52,633 nucleotides of DNA, from assembly GCA_036511575.1 (NCBI GenBank), contig DATCCA010000149.1, positions 1 to 52,633 of the forward strand. The letters run 5' to 3'. The position numbers were made by a program, and so were the translations under genes. The notes beneath the pieces are model-generated. The model was given only the letters and a program-made list of their open reading frames with translations, was not told where the DNA came from and did not search any database. The stretch comes from Acidimicrobiales bacterium (GTDB lineage: Bacteria; Actinomycetota; Acidimicrobiia; Acidimicrobiales; RAAP-2). This document shows positions 9,714 through 20,100 of the stretch, piece after piece; position 1 is the stretch's first letter, and every line of letters begins with the position of its first letter.

Positions 9714-10730
9714 TTACGCGAGCATTCGTCGGACTGTAAGGAAGCCGGCTCCCGCAAGTAGAAGGGTGACGCCGGCGTAGACCGACCCTTCTCGTAGTTG
9801 CACGGTCCAGTATTCGCTATCTGGTACGTACAACGCGAAAAATTCAATGTGAATTTTGCGTAGGCAGCTGTTATCGCCGTTCTTTTCTTTTCCCAGCGGA
9901 CTCGCGTAGCAGTTGTTCATTTTCCGCGAGAGTGTCTGCATAGTTGCTGCGCTTGGCGCGCTCTTCGAACCGACGAGTGCCATCCCATTGCTCTTCTCCC
10001 AGGCATTTGGAGGAACGCCATTGGAGCCGTAAAAGCCACTCGCCGAACCAAGCTCGACGGACGAGGTGCCGACCTTCACGAATGTTGTGGGCGCGAGGTC
10101 CGGACGTACGTAGTACTCGACGGCGTAGATACATGCGATGGCGACCACGAATCCCACAGCGAACGTCCAGCCCGATCTACGAACGAACATGCCCACGGCG
10201 CCGACCAAAACGAAGACGAAAATCGACATGAAGAGAATCGAGAATCCGGTGATTGGAAATCCATTCAAACGAATTCGCGGCGCATAATGCGCTGCACGAT
10301 TCCACCAGGTCGCCACCAGACACAGAGGTACAAAGAGAGCCACGAGTGTCGCAATGTTCACGAGAAAACTGCTCGTCAACCACTTCTGTCTCGAGCCAGA
10401 TTGCGTCCAAGCGAGTCGAACGGTGCGGCGCTCAATTTCTTGAGCAACCGCGTTTACCCCAAGTACAACACCGAATAGCGGACCGAGCGCAATCACCACG
10501 AGCACGAGTGCGGTGTTGTAGCGCGAGGCTCCGGCGACCTTGGCCGCGACCCGTTCGCAGTAGTCAAGGTGCCCAGTTGGATAACCTCCCCTGCATGGTC
10601 GGCGGAGATACTCACTCCACGCGATTTGCTGATGAAAGCCCGTGAGCAGCAAGACCGCTCCCACGACGATGACGACCACCGCCATGGCGATGACAACGCT
10701 TCGCGCACGACGCCACGCGGTCCACGTCAT
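9714..10730 (-). CDS. ABC-2 type exporter permease
   Basis: Multiple TM segments and an EIERRT.RL.WTQ motif; coupled to the ATPase. Confidence 0.85.
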   Translation of the reverse strand: MTWTAWRRARSVVIAMAVVVIVVGAVLLLTGFHQQIAWSEYLRRPCRGGYPTGHLDYCERVAAKVAGASRYNTALVLVVIALGPLFGVVLGVNAVAQEIERRTVRLAWTQSGSRQKWLTSSFLVNIATLVALFVPLCLVATWWNRAAHYAPRIRLNGFPITGFSILFMSIFVFVLVGAVGMFVRRSGWTFAVGFVVAIACIYAVEYYVRPDLAPTTFVKVGTSSVELGSASGFYGSNGVPPNAWEKSNGMALVGSKSAPSAATMQTLSRKMNNCYASPLGKEKNGDNSCLRKIHIEFFALYVPDSEYWTVQLREGSVYAGVTLLLAGAGFLTVRRMLA

Positions 10731-11644
10731 GGCCGTTCCCAGTTTTCAAATCGGACCTCGTCACCTTCAAATGGCGATGCGATACCGGCGCGAAGATACG
10801 CCATCACGATTTCTTCGAGGGTGGGCTGCTCAATCTTCCACCCTGCCTCATTCAGAGGCAGCTCGACGCGCACGAGTGCAGAAGTTTGGCGAGCGCTATT
10901 TCGTTCGTCAACGGAAATCGCGCCGTCGGGCAGTACCGCCGCATCTCCGCGGAGAGAAGAGATCAATCGATGTGACTCCAACACGAACTCAATGTCGTCC
11001 GCGAGCACCACGCGTGAGCGCGCAAGCACGACCACGTAGTCGCAGATCGCGGCGACGTCACTCAACGAATGCGTTGAGAGAATGACACTTGATCCGCTAT
11101 CGGCTACTTGGCGCATGAGCAGACGTAATAAGTCTTCGCGGGCCACAGGGTCGAGGGCCGCAGCCGGTTCGTCCAGCAAGAGCAATTCGGGCTCCTTGGC
11201 CAAACAAACAGTGAGCGCGACCTGTGCCTGTTGACCACCGGAGAGTTTCGACACTCGACTGCGCAACGAGATGTTCAACCGGTCGAGATGTTCGTGCGCG
11301 ACGGTCATGTTCCACGAAGGATTGGAGCTTTGCCCAAAGTGCAGAATCTCAGAAACTCGAAACGAACTGTACAGCGGTCGTTCTTGATCGAGAAAACCCA
11401 CTCGACTCTTGAGACTCGGCGTCGGATTCAGCGCATTAGTCCCGAAGAGACTTAGGGAGCCCGTCGTTGGCGGAGTGAGGCCGGCGGCGATTCTCAGTAG
11501 GGTCGACTTTCCGGCGCCGTTGGGGCCAACGAGTGCGACGACCCGACCTTGTGGAATGGAAAGCGTGCAGTCGGACAGGGCCCACGTTCGACGGTATCGT
11601 CGTCCAAGGCCTACCGCCTCGAGCACCGCCGGAGATTCTGTCAC
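10727..11644 (-). CDS. ABC transporter ATP-binding protein
   Basis: GPNGAGKS, LSGGQ, LLLDEP and STH motifs. Confidence 0.95.
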   Translation of the reverse strand: MTESPAVLEAVGLGRRYRRTWALSDCTLSIPQGRVVALVGPNGAGKSTLLRIAAGLTPPTTGSLSLFGTNALNPTPSLKSRVGFLDQERPLYSSFRVSEILHFGQSSNPSWNMTVAHEHLDRLNISLRSRVSKLSGGQQAQVALTVCLAKEPELLLLDEPAAALDPVAREDLLRLLMRQVADSGSSVILSTHSLSDVAAICDYVVVLARSRVVLADDIEFVLESHRLISSLRGDAAVLPDGAISVDERNSARQTSALVRVELPLNEAGWKIEQPTLEEIVMAYLRAGIASPFEGDEVRFENWERP

Positions 11645-12048
11645 GAGTCAGCGTCAATTTCCGATTCGAGACGATTACTCACCAATGCGCGAATCTCTTC
11701 GTCGCTGGCACCTTGAGCGCGCATTTGATCGATCAACAACCGCAGACGCTTCGCGGCATTCGATTGATCATCGCCGGCCTCGTCAACTGCGCCCGCAGCG
11801 ATGAATGTCCCCAAGCCCCGCTGGGGAATGGTGAGACCGAGGTATTCGAGTTCTCGGTAGGCACGATGAACAGTGTTGGGATTGATCGTGATCTGCGTCA
11901 CCACTTCTCGCACCGCCGGCAACTGATCCCCCGGTCGAAGCCGGCCGGCAACGAGGGCCTCTCGCACTTGGTCAACGAGTTGGCGATAGGGCGACACGCC
12001 GCTGCCAGGATCGAGCCGGAATCGGATAGTTGGGTCATTCGATGCCAT
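11641..12048 (-). CDS. GntR (YtrA subfamily) regulator
   Basis: Short GntR with INPNTVHRAYRELE...GLGTF; heads an ABC operon. Confidence 0.92.
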   Translation of the reverse strand: MASNDPTIRFRLDPGSGVSPYRQLVDQVREALVAGRLRPGDQLPAVREVVTQITINPNTVHRAYRELEYLGLTIPQRGLGTFIAAGAVDEAGDDQSNAAKRLRLLIDQMRAQGASDEEIRALVSNRLESEIDADS

Positions 12049-12067
12049 GTACTAGTACACTAGTACA
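12048..12067. promoter_or_regulatory. YtrA-type operator
   Basis: TGTACTAG-N4-CTAGTACA perfect inverted repeat abutting the GntR start codon. Confidence 0.75.
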
Positions 12068-12115
12068 CCCCGGAGGCCTTATTTCATTGGGTTTTCAAGA
12101 TTTAGACATTGCCCC

Positions 12116-12144
12116 TTGACAAACGTCCTATTCCGATATATCGT
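12116..12144 (+). promoter_or_regulatory. Promoter of padR with overlapping CGATATATCG operator
   Basis: TTGACA-17 nt-TATCGT; the palindrome at 12134-12143 overlaps the -10 element. Confidence 0.75.
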
Positions 12145-12175
12145 TATATTCGAAATTACAACGTAGGAGAAAACT

Positions 12176-12787
12176 ATGAATCACGAATCCCATGAACACA
12201 ACCACGAAGAGCGCTCACAGCGCGAGCGTGGACCTCGCGGACGCGGACGCGGACGCACACCCGGTGGACACCGCGGAGGACCTTTTGGTCGTGGCGACGA
12301 GATGTTCCGAGGCGGATTCCCGCCCCGTGGCGGACGTCGACGCATGCGTGGCGACGTTCGAGCAGCCGTACTGGTCTTGCTCGAAGAGTCACCTCGCAAC
12401 GGCTATCAAATCATCCAAGAGCTGGCCGAGCGCTCCAATGGAGCGTGGCGCCCAAGTCCCGGATCGGTGTACCCAATCCTTCAGCAACTCGAGGACGAAG
12501 GTCTCGTTGAGATTGCATCAACGGAGTCAGGCAAGACGTTCCACCTGACCACCAAGGGCAAGACCTTGGTGGAGACGGAACGCGACGCACTAGGCAAGCC
12601 CTGGGAAGCGGCGGCCGCTGAAGTCAGCGATGCCACTTCTGACCTGTACGGCACACTTCGCCAAGTGGCGATGGCCGTTCGCCAGGTCGGCGTGGCCGGA
12701 TCGGATGCGCAGACCAAAAAGGCTGTGACCATCCTCGCGGATGCTCGCAAGTCGATCTACCGCCTGCTCGCCGAAGACGAGTCGTAA
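12176..12787 (+). CDS. PadR family regulator with His-rich and Arg/Gly-rich N-terminus
   Basis: RGDVRAAVL, GYQII and PSPGSVYP motifs; AGGAG SD. Confidence 0.92.
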   Translation: MNHESHEHNHEERSQRERGPRGRGRGRTPGGHRGGPFGRGDEMFRGGFPPRGGRRRMRGDVRAAVLVLLEESPRNGYQIIQELAERSNGAWRPSPGSVYPILQQLEDEGLVEIASTESGKTFHLTTKGKTLVETERDALGKPWEAAAAEVSDATSDLYGTLRQVAMAVRQVGVAGSDAQTKKAVTILADARKSIYRLLAEDES

Positions 12788-12800
12788 GACGTAGCGATAG

Positions 12801-12837
12801 GCCCGCGCCTTCGAGTGAACAACTCGAAGGCGCGGGC
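12801..12837 (+). terminator. Intrinsic terminator hairpin
   Basis: Perfect 16-bp stem GCCCGCGCCTTCGAGT / ACTCGAAGGCGCGGGC with a 5-nt loop, just after the padR stop. Confidence 0.8.
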
Positions 12838-12902
12838 TTCGTCGTCTCGTGGGCGCGAAGAGATTCTTCAAACTCCGCCCCATCGTCCGCAATACTGGAT
12901 TG

Positions 12903-14003
12903 ATGACCGACGCAATGAAATGGCACGCGGAGACGATCGCGATCGTTGCGGGCCGCGATCGAGCGCCTGGCGCGCCAATCAATATCCCTCCCACCTTTGC
13001 GAGCACGTTCCGAGACGGTGGCGAGTACGGCTACGGACGCTGGGGCAATCCAACGTGGACCGCCTTTGAAGCGGCGCTCGGCGAACTCGAGGGCGGACAG
13101 TGTGTTTCGTTCTCTTCAGGTCTGGCGGCCGTAGCTTCACTGCTCGCGCCCCTCCCGCTCGGCACGACGGTGACGTACCCGGGTAATGGCTACGCCGGAA
13201 CGCGCGGTCTCCTGGAACGATTGGCGAAAGAAGGTCGCCTATCAATACGGACCGTCGATGTTGTCGATACCGACGACGTACTCGCTGCCCTCGAGAACAC
13301 CGACCTCTTGTGGCTCGAGTCGCCGACCAATCCAACGCTGGGCATTGCGGACCTGCCTTCGATACTTGGCGCTGCGAAAAAGGCCGGCGTCGTGTCAGTG
13401 GTCGACAACACCTTCGCGACGCCGCTGCTCCAACAGCCGCTCGCTCTAGGGGCGACGGCCGTAGTGCACTCCGCAACGAAATACATTGGCGGTCACTCCG
13501 ACCTTTTGTTAGGGGCGGTCATCGTCGCCGACACGGCTCGGCGCGATGAACTGGTCGCGTGGCGCACTATTGAGGGTTCGATTCCCGGAGTAATGGAGAC
13601 GTATCTGGCACTTCGTGGACTGCGGACGCTGCCCGTTCGATTCGCCAAGCAACAGCACACGGCGGGTCTGCTGGCCGATCGACTCTCCACGCACCCCAAT
13701 GTGGTGCGCGTTCGCTATCCGGGTCTCTTATCCGATCCCGGTCACGAACGAGCAACGGCGCACATGTCCGGTTACGGGGCCATGCTCTCGTTCGACGTCC
13801 CCGACGCCTCGACGGCCGATCGACTCGTCGAGTCACTGCACCTCATCGTTGGAACGACGAGCTTGGGCGGCGTAGAGACGTCGATCGATCGACGAGGTCG
13901 TTGGGAGGGCGAGGAGGGCGTGCCGCCCGGACTGCTTCGCGTCAGCGTGGGCCTCGAGCATCCCGACGATCTCTGGAACGATCTTCTCCAAGCGCTCAAG
14001 TGA
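12903..14003 (+). CDS. metB: Cystathionine gamma-synthase/lyase family PLP enzyme (MetB-like)
   Basis: YGRWGNPT, ESPTNP, DNTFATP, HSATKYIGGHSD, SLGGVE and RVSVGLE motifs. Confidence 0.85.
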   Translation: MTDAMKWHAETIAIVAGRDRAPGAPINIPPTFASTFRDGGEYGYGRWGNPTWTAFEAALGELEGGQCVSFSSGLAAVASLLAPLPLGTTVTYPGNGYAGTRGLLERLAKEGRLSIRTVDVVDTDDVLAALENTDLLWLESPTNPTLGIADLPSILGAAKKAGVVSVVDNTFATPLLQQPLALGATAVVHSATKYIGGHSDLLLGAVIVADTARRDELVAWRTIEGSIPGVMETYLALRGLRTLPVRFAKQQHTAGLLADRLSTHPNVVRVRYPGLLSDPGHERATAHMSGYGAMLSFDVPDASTADRLVESLHLIVGTTSLGGVETSIDRRGRWEGEEGVPPGLLRVSVGLEHPDDLWNDLLQALK

Positions 14004-14057
14004 CGCAACAATGCGGTCCGCCGAGGCGAACCGCATTGCGTACGTCGAACTGCGTAG

Positions 14058-14648
14058 TTACATCGCTGGCACGAGTTCTGGAGTGGTCTTCAGAACTGGA
14101 GGAGCCACAACGGGTGTGGGGTCACGGCGACGTTGGCGTCGTCCCGCAATGAGTCCATCGACACCAATCCAGCTCGACGTCCTCCACGTGGCCAGCACGA
14201 TGATGGCGCAGAGAGCGTAGAACGCGCAGACGCTCGCCGTACCGGACATCACGTAGGTGAACAAGAGGAGCAAACTGGCAACAGCCGCCGTGCGGGTGAG
14301 GAACCCGACCACCAAACCGAGACCGATGGCCAGTTCACCAAAGGCAACGACGACCGCGATCCAACTGGCATTCGGCACAACAAAACTGTGGAGGAAAGTT
14401 CCCCACCAGGAATACGCGGGCGTACCCCCTGCGGCGAAGGCCGCCACACCTTTGCCGTTGTTGTGCAGGAATGCTCCGTTTTCCGCGCCAAATACCTTGG
14501 CCCAACCGGCCTGGATCCACATGATGCCGACCCACACTCGAACGGCGAGCCACGCGACTGCCGCGAATCTGGACGTGCGTAGCCAGTTAAACGGCGCGAG
14601 CGCGGTGCGTTCATCGGGATTGCCGAATAGTGCGAGGACATTATTCAT
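14058..14648 (-). CDS. DoxX family membrane protein
   Basis: R...G..W..AG..K and GEL.IGLGL..G.LTR motifs; AAAGGA SD before ATG 14648. Confidence 0.8.
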   Translation of the reverse strand: MNNVLALFGNPDERTALAPFNWLRTSRFAAVAWLAVRVWVGIMWIQAGWAKVFGAENGAFLHNNGKGVAAFAAGGTPAYSWWGTFLHSFVVPNASWIAVVVAFGELAIGLGLVVGFLTRTAAVASLLLLFTYVMSGTASVCAFYALCAIIVLATWRTSSWIGVDGLIAGRRQRRRDPTPVVAPPVLKTTPELVPAM

Positions 14649-14956
14649 CAGACATCCTTTTCTCAAGTTCGGAGTGAACCACTTCGAAACACTCGAGACG
14701 ACGAAGTTGATGTGCCACCACTGTGATTGGTGATCAACGCAGTCAACGACGACATCCCCGAGGAGAGCCGACTGTATGACCTTCAATTCCAACCTACGGG
14801 TGTTCACCATCCCCTGGGACAGCGTTTTAGGTTCGAAAGTCCCTAGTGGGCACTGTGCTCACATTGATGACATTGAATCGAACTGGTGTGCGCGCAGCCT
14901 TGACCGTAGGGGACTGTCGCGGTATCAAGCGGGTCGAAAGGTATAACCTGCCCAAG

Positions 14957-15802
14957 ATGAAAAGCATCTTGGGCCTTGATCCGGCGTGGACAGCGACCGA
15001 GCCAAGCGGTGTTGCGTTACTCCACCAGGTGAAGGGCCGCTGGAAGTGTGTCGGTCTGAGTCCGAGTTACGGCCAGTTTGTTGCACTCGCGAAGGGCGTG
15101 CCCGTCGACTGGACCCAAGCACCGGTCGCCGGGCGACCTGACGTCGATGCCCTCCTCAGCGCGGCGCACACACTGCTGGAGGGCAGAACGGTGGATCTCG
15201 TGACGGTTGACATGCCAGTCGCACTGGAGGTAATCACGAAGCGAAGATTCGCCGATACCGAAGTCTCGAAGAAGTTCGGCTCGAAAGGGTGCAGCACGCA
15301 TTCGCCTAGCCCCGATCGTCCCGGTGATGTCGGACTCAACCTGACCGAGCGATTCAAAGAACTCGGATTCCCCGTCGCGACCACGTCAACTGCCGTGGGA
15401 ACCGAGCGCGTACTCGCCGAGGTCTATCCCCATCCGGCACTCCTGCACCTTTTAAAGAAGGACTTTCGCTATAAGTACAAGATTGGCCGCGCCAACGAAT
15501 ATTGGCCCGAGAAGACTCCTGAGGAACGCCGGCGCCGGATCGTCAAAAACTGGCGCAAAGTCATCGAGGCGCTCTCCGAAGATATTGGGAAAATCGATCT
15601 ACCGCTGCCCGCCAAAGACGCCATCGAGACCATGGCGTCCAGTCACCTAAAGCGATTTGAAGATGCGCTCGATGCGCTCATATGCGCCTGGGTCGGCATC
15701 AAATACTTCGAAGGCGACTGCACGGCGTTTGGCGACAGTTCGGCCGCGATCTGGATTCCTCCCAAGGGACTCGACGTCGCCGAGCTCCCAGAATCTGAGT
15801 AG
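14957..15802 (+). CDS. DUF429 domain protein (predicted RNase H-like nuclease)
   Basis: LGLD.AW, VDMP, EVYPHPA, YK.K and ED.LDA.ICA motifs. Confidence 0.8.
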   Translation: MKSILGLDPAWTATEPSGVALLHQVKGRWKCVGLSPSYGQFVALAKGVPVDWTQAPVAGRPDVDALLSAAHTLLEGRTVDLVTVDMPVALEVITKRRFADTEVSKKFGSKGCSTHSPSPDRPGDVGLNLTERFKELGFPVATTSTAVGTERVLAEVYPHPALLHLLKKDFRYKYKIGRANEYWPEKTPEERRRRIVKNWRKVIEALSEDIGKIDLPLPAKDAIETMASSHLKRFEDALDALICAWVGIKYFEGDCTAFGDSSAAIWIPPKGLDVAELPESE

Positions 15803-15910
15803 TGGCGCTCGATCATCCATGTGAATTGTCGTGGCGTCGATCACGAAACCAGCGTTCATCTCGCGACCCGTCACAATTGTGCGACGGTAGGTGTTCGGTA
15901 ACGTGAGGTG

Positions 15911-16981
15911 ATGAAAACGAACGTAATTGTTGTGTGCGAGGGTGACCAAACCGGCCAAGAACTGCTGAACGAAGCCCTTCGCGTTTTTGACGCCGCCGTA
16001 CTGGGTTTCGATGTCGACCTCGTACGATTCGACCTGTCGTTGGACAATCGGCGCCGGACGAACAATGGAGTCATCCATGAGGCGGCGGCGGCGATCGTCG
16101 AGACGGGCCTCGGTCTAAAGGCGGCGACCATCACACCCACCGAGATTGGGAGCGTCGGCTCTCCCAATCGAATTCTTCGTGAGGGCATCGACGGCAAGGT
16201 GATCGTGCGCACCGGTCGGCGCATTCCTGGCGTTGCACCGGTCGTGTCGCTGTCGCACCCAGTGGTCGTGGTGCGCATGGCCGTTGGCGACGCGTATGGC
16301 GCGGCGGAGGGTCGCGACGGCGAACCGGGGGCGCTGCACGAAACGGCCTGGCGGACCGAACGCATCGACCGCAACACCTGTCAGTCAGTCGCAGAGTTCG
16401 CGTTCGTCACTGCGGCCGCAATGGACGGCCTCGTCTACGGCGGACCGAAGTGGACCGTCTCGGCAATCTACGAAGGAATGCTGAAAGAGGAGATGGACGC
16501 GGCGGCGAGTCGACATCCCAACGTTCCCTACCATCCGATGCTTATCGACGCCGCCTACGCGGGTCTCATGACTGAACAGTGGGATCAAGCGGTCGTCATT
16601 CCTTCGCTCAACCGCGATGGTGACTGCCTCAGTGACCTAGTGCTTGCGATGTTCGGCTCCATCGCTGGTGCCGAGTCGGTGCTCTTGGCATTGGACGAGC
16701 AACTCCAGCCAACGGCCGCGATGGCCGAAGCACCTCACGGCACCGCCCCGTCTCTTGAAGGTAAGAACGTAGCGAATCCCATGGCCATGCTCCTCGCCTG
16801 TGCGGCCGTTCTCGAGCACGCTGGTATTCGCGGCGACGTTCAGAGTGCCGACGCCTCTCGAGCCCTTCGCCACGCAACGCTCACGACCGCCATGGACGGA
16901 ATTCGCTGCTTTGACCTTGGCGGTTCGGCTTCAACCTCAGAAGTCGTCGACGAAGTCGTCGCCCGCATGCGAAATCGTTGA
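15911..16981 (+). CDS. Isocitrate/isopropylmalate dehydrogenase family enzyme
   Basis: GDQTGQE, KAATITP, NRDGDCLSD and EAPHGTAP...KNVANP motifs. Confidence 0.88.
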   Translation: MKTNVIVVCEGDQTGQELLNEALRVFDAAVLGFDVDLVRFDLSLDNRRRTNNGVIHEAAAAIVETGLGLKAATITPTEIGSVGSPNRILREGIDGKVIVRTGRRIPGVAPVVSLSHPVVVVRMAVGDAYGAAEGRDGEPGALHETAWRTERIDRNTCQSVAEFAFVTAAAMDGLVYGGPKWTVSAIYEGMLKEEMDAAASRHPNVPYHPMLIDAAYAGLMTEQWDQAVVIPSLNRDGDCLSDLVLAMFGSIAGAESVLLALDEQLQPTAAMAEAPHGTAPSLEGKNVANPMAMLLACAAVLEHAGIRGDVQSADASRALRHATLTTAMDGIRCFDLGGSASTSEVVDEVVARMRNR

Positions 16982-17120
16982 ACCCGTTGGAGCCGGTTGT
17001 CTCGAACGCTGGGCGCCCAGTGGGCGCGGCGCTGGTCTACGGTGGATTTGACGAGAGGGCAACGATGCCAAGTGAGTCCCCAGACCAGCACGACGCATCG
17101 TTTGGGTCACCGTAACCGCA

Positions 17121-20100
17121 GTGTCAATACTTCCCACTGACGCCACCATTGACCCATTGGCCGAAGGTTCAGTCGCGCGAGTGCACGCACTCTTGCTCGA
17201 GTCGGACGCGCTGCGCACGCGTGAAGAGGTGGCGAGCCGGCGTCGGTTCGCACGACTCTTCAAGGACCCCACCGCGATCGAAGTGACCATCACACTGACC
17301 GACGAAGTTATGCGAATCCACTCGCTGCGACGCTCAATCAATATCTATCGCGGAGCGGCCGCAAAGGCATCGGTTGAAGGCTTTGGTCGCGTCAACGCAT
17401 TCGGACTGAAACTCCTCGCCGCATCCTCGCGTATCGCTCCATCATTAGTGATCGCGACAGTGGCGAGGCGAATTCGCAAGTACTCTCGAGACCTGATCCT
17501 GCCCGCGGAGACCGAGGCGCTGCGTCGACATCTACGACTTCGTGCACGTGATGGCATTGCAATGAATATAAATGTGCTCGGGGAAGCCGTCCTTGGCGAC
17601 AGTGAGGCCGACGAGCGCCTTGAGCGGGTGCTCGAGATGATGCGACGGCCCGAAATCAACTACGTGTCGGTGAAACTGTCATCGGTCGTCAGTCAGATCA
17701 TCACGGTCGACCGCGAAGGATCGCTCGACCGAGTCGCCCAGAGGATGCGTAGTCTCTACCGTGAAGCGAAGCGTCATGGTGCGTTCGTGAATCTGGACAT
17801 GGAGGAGTATCGAGATCTGGCGCTCACGATCGGCGCCTTCAAGAGCGTCTTGAGTGAACAAGAGTTCGAGTCGTTCGACGCTGGCGTCGTGCTGCAGGCC
17901 TATCTGCCCGAGTCCCACGCGACCTTCGCTGATTTGGTGTCGTGGGCAACCGCACGCTTCAATCGTTCCGGCGGGACTATCAAGGTCCGACTCGTCAAGG
18001 GCGCAAATCTCGCCATGGAAACGACCGAAGCGGAACTGCACGGCTGGTCGGCAGCTCCATACCGGTCTAAGGCTGAGGTCGACGCGAGTTATGCGCGTCT
18101 CATCGATGTTGCACTGCGTCGCGAGCACGCGAAAGCTGTGCGCATCGGTCTCGCGAGTCACAATCTTTTCCATCTGTCCTGGGCGCTCGACGTCGCGGCG
18201 GCACGCGGTCTGCTCGACCAGATCGACGTCGAGATGCTCGAAGGGATGGCCAACGCCGAGTCGCTCGCAATTGCGCGCACCGGTCAAAAGGTGCTGCTCT
18301 ATGCGCCCGTCACACGGGCCGACGACTTTGCGTCCGCGGTCGCGTACCTCGTGCGACGTCTCGACGAAAACACCTCTGACGAGAACTATCTGAAAGCCGC
18401 CTTCGACATCGGATCGGACGAGCGGCGATTCTCCCAACAGCGAGATCGATTTATGGCCTCCGTCACGCAACGTCATGTCGTGTCGACCGAATCGTTACGT
18501 CACGGTGCCCCCGTGACTCTCGGCGCGACAGCCTTCGCGAACGCCGCGAATTACGACACGACATTGCCGCACGCGTGTGACGACATCACTCGCGCCTTCA
18601 GAATCGCGAGGTCACTGCCCAACGAGTTGCTGCCCCTCGTCATTGACGGGGAAGAGCGGCTCTCGACAGAGTTTGAGATTGGTCGTGATCCGAGCGATGA
18701 AGGGGCGCCGTGGTACCGATACTGCGTTGCTGACGTAGACCAAATCGACGACGCCGTGCGTAGCGCTGCCGATGCACGCTCTTCGTGGTCCGAACTGTCG
18801 ATTGAGGAGCGTCGAGCGATCCTCTATCGCTGCGCCGACGTGATGGAGAGCGAGCGCATTGCGACGACGGCGGTGATGGCTCGTGACGCGGGCAAGACAC
18901 AGGCCGAGGCCGACCCCGAAGTCAGCGAAGGAGTGGACTTTGCCCGCTTCTACTCGTCATCAATCTCTGACTTGACTGATTCGACGCCGGTCGGGACGGT
19001 CGTCGTCGTACCACCCTGGAACTTCCCCTACGCCATTCCCTCGGGCGGTGTCTTCGCGGCGCTCGCCGCTGGGAACGCCGTGATTCTCAAACCGGCGCCA
19101 GAGACAGTGGCGACGGCGTGGCAACTGGTTCGACAACTCTGGGCGGGCGGTGTGCCAAAGAACATCCTGCAGTTCGTTCCAACCCGCGATGACGATGCCG
19201 GCCGTCACCTCGTCACGCACGACGACGTCGACGCCGTCATCTTGACGGGGTCATTCGACACTGCGTTGATGTTCTCGCGATGGCGGCCAGCGATCAATTT
19301 GCTCGCCGAGACCAGTGGCAAGAATTCGATTCTGATTAGCGCCTGCGCCGACATCGAAATGGCCGTGCGCGACGTGGTGCAGTCAGCCTTTGGTCACGCC
19401 GGTCAAAAGTGCAGTGCAGCCAGTCTCGTTGTTGTCGTGCGCGACGTGTACGAAGACCCGGCCTTCCTACGCCAACTGGGTGATGCAGTGCGAAGTCTTC
19501 GTGTCGGTCCTGGTTGGGAACTCTCAACCTCCGTCGGCCCAATCATCCGACGCGCCGAGCCACAACTCGAGCGCGCGCTGCATCAACTGGAACCCGGCGA
19601 GAGTTGGTTCGTGACACCGGAAATGCAGGATGACGCGGGCCTGCAGTGGTCGCCCGGCGTGAAGCTCGGGGTTCGCCCCGGGTCATGGAGTCACCAACAC
19701 GAATGGTTCGGACCGGTGCTCGGAGTCATGGTCGCGCCGGACTTTGCGACAGCGATCGATTGGCAGAATCGCACAGACTTCGGACTCACCTCGGGTATCC
19801 AGTCACTCGATGAGTCTGAATGCGAAGAGTGGATGCAACGCGTCCAAGCCGGCAATCTCTACGTAAATCGCGGCATCACCGGTGCGGTCGTCAACCGACA
19901 GCCCTTTGGCGGCTGGCGCCGAAGCAGCGTTGGCCCAACGGCGAAAGCCGGCGGCCACAATTACGTCGACTGCCTTCGAGATTGGTCCTCACTGAGCGAC
20001 CCAATGTCCGCCGTGCGCCAGGCAGAAATCTGGTGGGAGGAGACGGGCAGGCAGGCAATCGACGGATCGGGACTGCTGGTCGAGAAGAATATTCAGCGCT

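Noticed and set aside
12237-12257. GCGGAC hexamer repeat
   Set aside because: It encodes in-frame RGRGRG in the PadR tail.
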